Assembly (NCBI RefSeq): GCF_016592615.1
Contig: NZ_AP013043.1
Coordinates: 90,001-122,000, forward strand
Reading direction: 5' to 3'
DNA: 32,000 bases
From: Isorropodon fossajaponicum endosymbiont JTNG4
GTDB lineage: Bacteria > Pseudomonadota > Gammaproteobacteria > PS1 > Pseudothioglobaceae
Below the pieces are notes generated by a model. That model saw only the letters and a program-made list of their open reading frames with translations, was not told where the DNA came from and did no database searches. Below are positions 19,183 to 27,729 of the stretch, in pieces. How positions within the stretch are numbered: the stretch's first letter is position 1; every line of letters begins with the position of its first letter. The translations under genes and the position numbers were made by a program.

Positions 19183-20616
19183 AGTTTGGCTTGTTTTTGC
19201 AGGAGCTATTGCATCATTAGCATTTGCACCCTTTAATTACTCCTTCATATTGCTTATTAGTTATGCAATATTATTTTGGCAAATTAGTGTGGCCAATACA
19301 CGCAAACAAGCTTTTTTCGGTGGTTTTATTTTTGCATTTTCACATTATTTAATTGGGCTGTACTGGCTATTTTCAATTGTTAGTCAATATGAATTTTTCT
19401 ATCAGGTTGTGGTGGGAATTATTACTGCTATTGCTTTCTTTTACGGATTAGTCGGTTATTTTGCTAAACTCTTGACTATCAATCACTGGTCTTGGTTTGT
19501 GCTTTTTTACCTAGTCTTGCTGGTTTATTTGAATGGGTCCGAACTTGGTTTTGGACTGGCTTCCCTTGGTATTCACCCAGTGATGCAGTGTTTGACATGG
19601 GGTTGTCATCATTACTACCCATTGGTGGATACTTGGGCGTAAGTTTTGTTTTTTATCTACTTAGCGGATTGCTGGTTTATACAATACTTAATTCTAAAAA
19701 TAGAAAAACTTATATGATAAGCACAAGCATTTTAGGTTTGCTGTTTCTAGTCTTGTTTGCCACCAAATAATATCAGCCAGATATGGTTAGTTTTCCATTA
19801 ATAAGTGTGCGTTTAATTAGCGGTGACTTTGCGCTTAAAGATAAATCTCACAGGCATTTGGTTATTGATAGAATTAAACATTACCAGCAGCTGACTAACT
19901 TAGAACCTATAGCAGATTTAACTTTATGGACAGAATCTAGTATTAGTGTTGATTATCAAAATGTTAAAGCATATATTAATAAGATTGAATCTGACAATAC
20001 AGTTTTATTGGGTTCGTATTATCATAATGGCATCAGTAGTAATAATGTCTTATTAGACATGAATAGCAAGCAACCTGTATATTACAAGCAACATTTAATT
20101 CCTTTTGGTGAGTACACACCTAACTGGTTTTTAAGTTTTAAGTCTTTACTGCCAAAATTTCATATGGATGAGTTAATAACGTATAAAAATCAACACCAAC
20201 ACATCATTTTCAAAGATTTAAAATTATTTGCATCCATATGCTTTGAGTTGCTATCCTCCAAAGAACTATTGCAAAATTCGAAACAGGCTAATATACATAT
20301 ACATATTAGCGATTTAGGCTGGTTTGATAATCACAATGTTGCCAGTTGTTTACTTAAAGTCGCAAGAATTCGTGCTATTGAAACTGCTAAGCCAATTATT
20401 TATAGCGTTAACCAAGACATCCCTGCCTTTATTGACTATAAAGGTAATATTCTGAAACAACAACACAATCAGGACACTTATGTGCTTAACCAAAAAGTAG
20501 CCCCACAACAAGGCACTACTTTTTATGCTCAATATCAAGACAGACCAGTACTAGTATTGCTATGTAGTCTCTTTCAAGCATGGAAAAAATCAACAAAAAA
20601 CAAACATTCACTTTAA
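19175..20616 (+). pseudogene. lnt: apolipoprotein N-acyltransferase (Lnt) split into three ORFs
   Basis: N-terminal TM region (frame of 19163..19642). A frameshift near 19495-19505 leads into FEWVRTWFWTGFPW (19492..19770). An in-frame TAA at 19768..19770 follows. The CN-hydrolase domain is then intact in 19783..20616 (LWTESS, YYKQHLIPFGEYTP, SICFEL). Confidence 0.8.
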
Positions 20617-21048
20617 TAACAACGGCCATCATAGCTGGGCTGATTATGTTGCTTAATATTGATACACAATCAACATTAGATAAAACCACATTAGATACAA
20701 ATAACGCAACTACAAACACCTATCAAACCAAAAAGTGGGAAAACTATTATTAAAGACACTCTGCCTCTATCGCTTAAGAAAATTGAGGCTGAACTAGCAT
20801 TTGATGGGCAGCAAGGTATTGCCCAAAATTCTATTAGTGAAGCAGAAAAAGTATCAGCAAGGGTTGCTAAAGATGGGGTTGACAATAAAGCCATCGAGGC
20901 AAAATTCACTCAACTAATCAATCAACCAATCTCCACTCAAAAGCCTCTTAAAGTTAAAAAACAACTAGATACAATTGACGCTAATATCCTTGATATTGAA
21001 AGAGACATGGTGAATCTTGGGCTAGACAAGCTCCTAGAAGGGCAATAA
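20580..21048 (+). pseudogene. hypothetical membrane-anchored protein, frameshifted (about 155 codons if repaired)
   Basis: ATG at 20580 gives MEKINKKQTFTLITTAIIAGLIMLLN...YQTKKWENYY* with the stop at 20751..20753. The +1 frame is open from about 20700 to TAA at 21046..21048 (IIKDTLPLSLKKIEAELAFDGQQ...DKLLEGQ) but has no start codon. The switch is plausible at the A5 run at 20730..20734. The end is coupled to the next gene (TAATTATG). Confidence 0.4.
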
Positions 21049-21050
21049 TT

Positions 21051-22243
21051 ATGCAAACTAAACTCCCAGCTCTATTACTATTACTACTTGGCTTCAATGT
21101 TCAAGCTGAACTCATCTCCAACCTTGAAGGCAAACTTAGTGTCAACCAAGGATTGTTGAGTTATTCTGTGCCACTGGCATTACCTGCAGGCATTAATAAA
21201 CTTACACCGAATTTAAGCATTAACTACATCCAAGGTGGTAACAACTCTGAATTGGGTTTGGGTTTTTCTTTGTCAGGCTTATCAACGACTAGTCGTTGTA
21301 GCAAAAGTGATAAAGTTGATGATATTAATCATGGTGTATTGCTTGATAGTAACGACGCCTATTGCTTAGACGGGCAAAGATTAATCAATGTTGCTAACAA
21401 TGAATATCGTTTGCGTCAAAACCACCACACCAAAATTATCAAATCTAGTAACACTTGGCAAGTACATTACCCTAATGGTGTAAGCGCCTAGTTTAATGCC
21501 AATCAAAGTATTGGTGGACAAGTGCTTAATTGGCATATCAACTCAAAACAAGATAAGTTTAATAATACCATTAATTATCAATATATCACCCATCAAAATG
21601 TAAGCTATATTGACAACATTACCTATAATCATAACCAAATTAAATTCAACTATACGTCTCGTCCAGACATAGCAACCAGTTATCAATTTGGACAAACACA
21701 AATCCACAATAAACTACTTAAGGCTATCCAAATAAAACATAGTAGTAATTTAGTTAAGACCTATCAGATGTATTACGACACTTATGTTGGACACTCAAGG
21801 CTTGATAATATCAAGTTGTACGATTCACAAGACGAGTGTACAAAGCCTTTAAGTTTTGTTTATCAACACAATGATTTAATTACTGATGATGAGCCTGTTT
21901 TTGAGCAAGCCGTTATTAAATTAGACGAGGTATTTAATTATAGCGTGGCTGACTTTAATCATGATGGCTGAGTGGATTATGTGCGGTGGATGACAAAGGT
22001 GTATGGTGTGGACTCAACACTAAGAACAATGGTTTTGATAGTGGTAAATATTGGTCAAACAACGCCAATGTTGAACACGCCCTTAGATTTATTGACATTA
22101 ACCAAGATAAACTGGCTGATTTGTGTTGGTTTGATGATTCAGGTGTACAGTGTCAAAACAACACTGGCAATGAGTTTGATGCGCAATATCAACACAGTAC
22201 TTTAATTTTTGATTTAGAATTAAGTGGAGAAAACAATACCTAG
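21051..22243 (+). pseudogene. Tc-toxin B / Rhs-family toxin, N-terminal relic (signal peptide, SpvB-like, TcdB-mid-N-like and FG-GAP/VCBS-like regions)
   Basis: Signal peptide MQTKLPALLLLLLGFNVQAE. SpvB-type motif LSYSVPLALPAG..LTPNLSINYIQGGNNSELGLGFSLSGLSTTSRC...DAYCLDGQRL. In-frame TAG at 21489..21491. Mid-N-like WHINSKQDKFNNTINYQY...IKFNYTSRPD...SRLDNIKLY...PLSFVY. Frameshift near 21968 after ADFNHDG. FG-GAP-like FIDINQDKLADLCWFDDSG. The YD/Rhs shell and toxic C-terminus are absent. Confidence 0.75.
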
Positions 22244-22840
22244 CAGAGCTTGGTGGACAAACACCAGAGTCAGGCAAAGCGCTGACTTCTGAACAACAAA
22301 CAATACAACTGCTTGAGAAACAACTTTGGCGCGCACAAAGGGACAATGAAATCTTAAAAAAGGCAACAGCCTTGTTCGCTGTGGACAATCACCAAGTGAT
22401 ATGATTATCAAGATAAACAAGGCTTGCCAACAATACAATACTAAAGAATTATGAGCATTACTCAAACTTCCTCACAGTAGTTATTACTATCAAGTCAAAG
22501 ATAAGCGAGTAAACAACAACACCAACGCTATGATTAAATTAATCAAACAAACTGCTATTGAAGTTGGATACACCTATGGCAAACGCAGAATGCGAGTAGT
22601 TTTGAATAACCAAGGTTATAACATTGGTATTTACCAAACCGCAACGCTAATGAAAAAAGCCAATGTAGTTGCCATACGCCCAAGAAAGCGTCATTATTAC
22701 CCTAATACTAGATTGATGTTTAAAAAGGCAAAAAACCTATTAAATCGTGTGTTTGAGCCTAAATCCAACACACTGGCTAAATAACTCCCACCTTGATAGG
22801 TTTTGATATAGGTAATATCACCAACACTTGAAAACCAATC
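22244..22840 (+). mobile_element. IS3-family element relic (5'-truncated orfA, orfB with nonsense codon, inverted orfB fragment)
   Basis: OrfA C-terminus AELGGQTPESGKALTSEQQTIQLLEKQLWRAQRDNEILKKATALFA, with A AAA AAG at 22356..22362. The -1 frame gives ...INKACQQYNTKEL*ALLKLPHSSYYYQ...YGKRRMRVVLNNQGY...NLLNRVF, where the TGA sits at an expected Cys. The minus strand at 22760..22840 encodes [27 protein letters not shown], the next conserved OrfB block but inverted. Confidence 0.75.
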
Positions 22841-22856
22841 AAAACTGATTTTAATG

Positions 22857-23696
22857 AGTGAGTCGCTTAGAAATGATGGGCGCATTTGGGCGCCAAAACA
22901 AGCCAAAGATTGTGAGAAAAACCCGAAAGATATCAAGGAAGAAGACCGAGATTATTTTCTTGAAAGACAGTAACCTGCTTTTGCTAACCTAGTACCACGT
23001 GATGTAGCTTCACGCGCTGTTAAGCACATTTGTGATGAAGGTCGTGGTGTTGGCATTAAGATTCATGGCAAGCGTCTTAGTGTATACCTAGATTTTAGCG
23101 AAGTTTTTAAAAAAATAGGCTTGGCAGATGGTTATTTTATCTTGCCACAAACCATTGCTAATTATTTAGCTAGAAACAAGTTTGATAAAATTGAGCCCAA
23201 TCATGAAAAAGTTCAACAAGCCTTAAATGCCGCTAAAGTTAGAATTGAACAATTAATGAACGCGCCTGAAGCGAAACATACCCCTGAATATTTTCACCAG
23301 AAACTAGGCAAAATTCTGTGGGAGTCTTGTGGCATGTCTAGAGAGAGTAAGATTAGAACAAGCCACTAATGAGATTGAAGTATTACAATTAGAGTTTTGG
23401 CAAACCATTAGGGTCACGGGTATTGACCAGGATTTAAATCAAACTTTAGAGCGTGCAGGCAGAGTGGCTGACTTTATTGAGCTAGGTGCCTTGATGTGCA
23501 AAGACGCTCTTAATAGAGAAGAATCTTGTGGTGCAAAGCTCGGGTGGAACATTTATCCTCAGAAGGTGAAGCAAAGCGTGATGATAAAAATTATAGTTTT
23601 GTTGCGGCGTGGGAGTATCAACAAGAAGGGGCTAAACTTCATGAGGAGCACTTTCATTTTGAATTTATTAAGCCCAGTGTTAGGAACTACAAATGA
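22857..23696 (+). pseudogene. frdA: fumarate reductase / succinate dehydrogenase flavoprotein subunit, C-terminal part only (Bacillus/Bacteroides-type)
   Basis: [13 protein letters not shown]...[26 protein letters not shown]...GRGVG...VYLDF, with TAA at 22971..22973 where Tyr is expected. It then jumps from ...KKIG to LADGYFILPQTIANYLA, leaving about 65 codons missing. Frameshifts near 23345 and near 23545 follow. Ends ...REESCGA / EGEAKRDDKNYSFVAAWEY...IKPSVRNYK*. About 330 N-terminal codons (FAD domain) are absent. Confidence 0.8.
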
Positions 23697-24327
23697 TTTT
23701 TACATTGCATATTTGGCGACAAAAGAACGTAAATAATCAGGGCGGAGATTGCATTGTGTTTGACTATGATTGTCGTGAAGGTATTTGTGGCGCTTGTTCG
23801 CTGGTTATTAATGGCTATCCTCATGGTGAAATCAGCCACAACGACGTGCCAATTATATATATATGCGTGAGTATAAAAATCAAAGCGAATTGTGGATTGA
23901 GCCTTAGCGTGCTAATAGTTTTCCAGTGATTAAAGATTTAACGGTAGATCGATCTGCATTTGATCGAATCATCCAATCAGGTGGTTATGTATCCATGCAT
24001 ACAGGTTGTGCGCCAGAAGCAAATAATACCTTAGTGGAAAAGCACGCTTCTGATGGGGCGTTTAATTCTGCAGCTTGTATTGGCTGTGGTGCTTGTGTGG
24101 CGGTTTGCCAAAATGCAAGTGCAACACTGTTTGTGGCAGCAAAAATAACCCATTTGGCATATTACCCCAAGGTAAAATTGAATCCAAAGACAGGGCAAAA
24201 AAAACTCATTTTAAAAATGCAATCTGAAGGCTTTGGTAGTTGTGCAAATCACAGGCATTGTACGCCTGCTTGTCCTAAAGACGTATCATTACAAAATATT
24301 ACAAGGGTGAATAAGATTCTTGGATAA
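23693..24327 (+). pseudogene. frdB: fumarate reductase / succinate dehydrogenase iron-sulfur subunit, degraded
   Basis: The ATG overlaps the frdA TGA (ATGA). MIFTLHIWRQK...VFDYDCREGICGACSLVINGYPHG. Frameshifts give TTTCQLY(TA-repeat)[41 protein letters not shown], with TAG where Trp is expected. Cys clusters CIGCGACVAVC and C..CPK are retained. The N-terminal ferredoxin region is shortened. Confidence 0.8.
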
Positions 24328-24365
24328 TAACAATATTACCTTTTAACTTTACATAAAAACTACTA

Positions 24366-25586
24366 ATGAGCTCAAAACTTTATCAATCAGCATTAGAATA
24401 TCACCAAGGTGAGCGCCCAGGAAAAATCATTGTTTCATCACACAAGCCACTAGCAACGCGTGAAGACCTTAGTTTGGCGTATACACCCGGGGTTGCTGCA
24501 CCTGTTCGTGAGATTGCACAAGATGCAAACAAAGTTTATGACTTTACCATTAAACGTAATTTGGTTGCTGTTATTTCTGATGGTTCGGCAGTCTTAGGGC
24601 TTGGCAATGTGGGACCACTAGCGTCTAAACCTGTGATGGAAGGCAAGGCAGTATTGTTTAAACATTTTGCAGATATTGATGTCTTTGACATTGAGATTGA
24701 TACTCAAGATGTTGATGAATTTGTACAAACGGTTAAAAATATTGCGCCAACGTTTGGTGGTATTAATCTTGAGGACATTTCAGCGCCTCGTTGTTTTGAA
24801 ATTGAAAAACGTTTAATTGATATGCTTGATATTCCTGTTTTTCACGATGACCAGCACGGAACAGCCATTATTATCGCGGCAGGGTTGTTAAATTCGCTTG
24901 AAATCCAAGGCAAGCATATTGAAACTATCAAGTTGGTTTGTTTAGGTGCTGGCTCGGCAGGTATTGCTACTTTAAACTTATTATGTGAATTAGGTTTGTC
25001 AAAGGACAATATTTTATTAGTTGATAGAGAAGGTGTTATTTCTCAAGACATGGAAAATGTTAGTCAAATTAAAGCACAATATAGCGCAAAAACAGATAAA
25101 AAAACCTTGGCAGATGCCATACAAGGTGCAGATGTGTTTATTGGTGTTGCTGCTGCTAACCTGGTATCAAAACAGATGATTAAATCAATGGCAAATAGAC
25201 CTATTGTGTTCGCTTTATCAAATCCAGACCCTGAAATTCCACCTTCTGATGCCAATTCAGTACGCGATGATTTAATCATGGCAACAGGTCGAAGTGACTA
25301 TCCAAATCAAGTTAACAATGTTCTGGGTTTTCCTTTTATATTTAGAGGCGCATTAGATGCAAAAGCCAGTGAAATCAATTCAAAAATGAAAATAGCAGCG
25401 GTTCATGCACTTAAAGACTTGGCAAAACTTGACGTGCCAGACAGTGTTTTAAAAGCTTACAGTACAAAGTCTATGGTATTTGGTAAAGATTATATCATCC
25501 CCAAACCTTTTGACCCAAGGTTGATAGATGTGGTGCCAAAAGCAGTATTTGATGCTGCTGTTGCAAGTGGTGTTTCACGTTTGTAA
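24366..25586 (+). CDS. maeB: NAD(P)-dependent malic enzyme, short form without the PTA-like domain
   Basis: 406 aa. [57 protein letters not shown]. Confidence 0.9.
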   Translation: MSSKLYQSALEYHQGERPGKIIVSSHKPLATREDLSLAYTPGVAAPVREIAQDANKVYDFTIKRNLVAVISDGSAVLGLGNVGPLASKPVMEGKAVLFKHFADIDVFDIEIDTQDVDEFVQTVKNIAPTFGGINLEDISAPRCFEIEKRLIDMLDIPVFHDDQHGTAIIIAAGLLNSLEIQGKHIETIKLVCLGAGSAGIATLNLLCELGLSKDNILLVDREGVISQDMENVSQIKAQYSAKTDKKTLADAIQGADVFIGVAAANLVSKQMIKSMANRPIVFALSNPDPEIPPSDANSVRDDLIMATGRSDYPNQVNNVLGFPFIFRGALDAKASEINSKMKIAAVHALKDLAKLDVPDSVLKAYSTKSMVFGKDYIIPKPFDPRLIDVVPKAVFDAAVASGVSRL

Positions 25587-25637
25587 TTAGCGAAAAGACA
25601 GACTTTCAAAAAACAATAAAAAACGTTAAATTAATCC

Positions 25638-25666
25638 TTGCGCTCTAAAGATAGCTATGGGATAAT
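25638..25666 (+). promoter_or_regulatory. candidate sigma70 promoter of the tRNA-tuf operon
   Basis: TTGCGC (25638..25643), a 17-nt spacer, then GATAAT (25661..25666), about 15 nt upstream of tRNA-Tyr. Confidence 0.45.
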
Positions 25667-25681
25667 GCCTGATTGTTTTTT

Positions 25682-25766
25682 GGAGGGGTTCCTGAGTGGT
25701 CAAAGGGAGCAGACTGTAAATCTGTCGGCTCTGCCTTCGAAGGTTCAAATCCTTCCCCCTCCACCA
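25682..25766 (+). tRNA. tRNA-Tyr (anticodon GTA), long variable arm, encoded CCA
   Basis: Hand-folded. Acceptor GGAGGGG/CCCCTCC, anticodon loop CTGTAAA, T-arm GAAGG-TTCAAAT-CCTTC. Confidence 0.9.
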
Positions 25767-25783
25767 TAAAGCATAATAGATTT

Positions 25784-25857
25784 GCGGGTATCGTATATTG
25801 GTATTACCTTGGTCTTCCAAGCCAATGAGACGAGTTCGATTCTCGTTACCCGCTCCA
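25784..25857 (+). tRNA. tRNA-Gly (anticodon TCC)
   Basis: Acceptor GCGGGTA/TACCCGC, anticodon stem TTGGT/GCCAA with loop CTTCCAA, T-loop TTCGATT. Confidence 0.9.
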
Positions 25858-25872
25858 AGATGGAGGGATTGT

Positions 25873-25948
25873 GCTCACCTAGCTCAGTTGGTAGAGCACT
25901 CCCTTGGTAAGGAAGAGGTCGGCGGTTCAAATCCGCTGGTGAGCTCCA
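25873..25948 (+). tRNA. tRNA-Thr (anticodon GGT)
   Basis: Acceptor GCTCACC/GGTGAGC, D-arm GCTC-AGTTGGTA-GAGC, anticodon loop TTGGTAA, T-loop TTCAAAT. One C-A mismatch in the anticodon stem. Confidence 0.85.
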
Positions 25949-25987
25949 AAAATTTAAAATTTAATTTGTTAAATGTAGGAGCATAAA

Positions 25988-27178
25988 ATGTCAAAAGAAA
26001 AATTCGAAAGAACCAAACCACACGTCAACGTCGGCACAATCGGTCACGTTGACCACGGCAAAACCACACTCACAGCCGCTATCACTAAAGTCATGGCAGA
26101 AGCGCGTGGTGGCGAATTCAAAGATTATGCAGATATTGATAATGCCCCTGAAGAAAGAGAACGTGGTATTACTATTTCAACAGCCCACGTTGAGTATGAA
26201 AGTGAAGCTCGCCACTATGCACACGTTGACTGCCCAGGACACGCCGACTACGTTAAGAACATGATCACAGGTGCTGCACAAATGGACGGCGCTATTATTG
26301 TTATTGCTGCTACAGATGGCCCAATGGCTCAAACTCGTGAGCACATCTTATTATCTAAGCAAGTAGGCGTCCCTTACATCGTTGTTTACATGAACAAAGC
26401 CGATATGGTTGACGATGAGGAATTGGTTGAATTGGTTGAAATGGAAATCCGTGAGTTACTAGACGAATATGATTTCCCAGGTGATGACACTCCAGTCATC
26501 TTCGGTTCAGCACTTAAGGCCTTAGAAGGCGACACCTCAGAGATTGGTGTGCCTTCCATTGTTAAATTAGTAGAAGCATTAGACACTTATATTCCAACCC
26601 CCAAGCGTGACACAGACAAGTCATTCTTAATGCCAATTGAGGATGTATTCTCAATCTCAGGTCGTGGCACTGTAGTGACAGGCCGTATTGAAACAGGCAT
26701 TGTTAATATCGGTGACGAGTTAGAAATCGTTGGTATTAAAGACACACAAGCCACCACTTGTACCGGTGTTGAAATGTTTAGAAAACTACTTGATTCAGGC
26801 GAAGCGGGTGACAACGTAGGTGTGTTACTTCGTGGCATCAAGCGTGAAGAGGTTGAACGCGGTCAAGTATTGGCCAAGCCAAGTTCAATCAAGCCACATT
26901 CAAAGTTTGAAGCAGAGGTTTATATTTTAAGCAAAGATGAAGGTGGTCGTCATACCCCATTCTTTAACAACTACCGTCCACAGTTCTATTTTAGAACAAC
27001 GGACGTTACAGGCGCTTGTCAGCTGCCTGATGGTGTAGAGATGGTAATGCCAGGTGACAACGTGAAAATGCAAGTAGCGCTATTGTCACCAATCGCTATG
27101 GAAGATGGTTTAAGGTTTGCCATTAGAGAAGGTGGTCGCACGGTGGGTGCGGGTGTGGTTTCTAAGGTGACGGATTAA
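25988..27178 (+). CDS. tuf: elongation factor Tu
   Basis: 396 aa. [32 protein letters not shown]. Confidence 0.98.
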   Translation: MSKEKFERTKPHVNVGTIGHVDHGKTTLTAAITKVMAEARGGEFKDYADIDNAPEERERGITISTAHVEYESEARHYAHVDCPGHADYVKNMITGAAQMDGAIIVIAATDGPMAQTREHILLSKQVGVPYIVVYMNKADMVDDEELVELVEMEIRELLDEYDFPGDDTPVIFGSALKALEGDTSEIGVPSIVKLVEALDTYIPTPKRDTDKSFLMPIEDVFSISGRGTVVTGRIETGIVNIGDELEIVGIKDTQATTCTGVEMFRKLLDSGEAGDNVGVLLRGIKREEVERGQVLAKPSSIKPHSKFEAEVYILSKDEGGRHTPFFNNYRPQFYFRTTDVTGACQLPDGVEMVMPGDNVKMQVALLSPIAMEDGLRFAIREGGRTVGAGVVSKVTD

Positions 27179-27221
27179 ATTAAAAAAGTTAAAACTTAAA
27201 CAGATTTAAAAAAATAAAGTT

Positions 27222-27246
27222 GGCTTGGACAATAGTCCAAGCCTTT
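27222..27246 (+). terminator. rho-independent terminator after tuf
   Basis: GGCTTGGAC-AATA-GTCCAAGCC (9-bp stem) followed by TTTAAGATTT. Confidence 0.6.
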
Positions 27247-27255
27247 AAGATTTAT

Positions 27256-27331
27256 AGGCAAGTGGCTCAATTGGTAGAGTAATGGTCTCCAAAACCATTG
27301 GTTGGGGGTTCGAGTCCCTCCTTGCCTGCCA
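27256..27331 (+). tRNA. tRNA-Trp (anticodon CCA)
   Basis: Acceptor AGGCAAG/CTTGCCT, anticodon stem ATGGT/ACCAT with loop CTCCAAA, T-loop TTCGAGT. Confidence 0.9.
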
Positions 27332-27347
27332 TGTTAAAGGATGTAAT

Positions 27348-27719
27348 GTGACTAAAACAGTAGAAAGACAAGCAAAAGAGTCATCACTAGGAATGATTGT
27401 ATCAGTCTTAATTGTGATTGCATCTTTTGTGTTGTTTTATTTAGATCCATTAGGATTAAACACAACGCTATACAAAGTATTGGCTTTATTAACGGGTCTT
27501 GTGTTGGCAGGTTTTGTGTTCTTTAAATCGCCTCAAGGCGTGCGTTTTAATTCATTTTTAATCGAAACAAAAATTGAATTACGCAAAGTTGTGTGGCCCA
27601 CACGCGATGAAACTATTAAAACCACAGGTATGATTATGGTTGCTGTTGTGATTGTGGCTATTTTCTTGTGGATAGTTGATGCACTGCTCTCGTGGATGGT
27701 GCAGTTGTTAACAAATTAA
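27348..27719 (+). CDS. secE: preprotein translocase subunit SecE
   Basis: I moved the start to GTG 27348 (AAGGA 6 nt upstream) because the tracked ORF start at 27282 lies inside tRNA-Trp. 123 aa, three hydrophobic helices, conserved ELRKVVWPTRDE. Confidence 0.85.
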   Translation: MTKTVERQAKESSLGMIVSVLIVIASFVLFYLDPLGLNTTLYKVLALLTGLVLAGFVFFKSPQGVRFNSFLIETKIELRKVVWPTRDETIKTTGMIMVAVVIVAIFLWIVDALLSWMVQLLTN

Positions 27720-27729
27720 GAGGACTAAA

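Noticed and set aside
20516-20909. Two minus-strand ORFs (20516..20719, 20691..20909) between lnt and the toxin gene.
   Set aside because: The plus strand gives a more coherent product (TM anchor plus charged domain, coupled to the next gene). The minus ORFs are hydrophobic, low-complexity shadows. Confidence in this choice is only moderate.
22098-22465. Minus-strand ORFs 22098..22388 and 22220..22465.
   Set aside because: They are antisense to the recognisable FG-GAP toxin fragment and the IS3 orfA fragment, and have no motifs.
27282-27347. N-terminal extension of the secE ORF (tracked as 27282..27719).
   Set aside because: The extension lies inside tRNA-Trp (27256..27331). GTG at 27348 with an AAGGA RBS gives a normal-length SecE.
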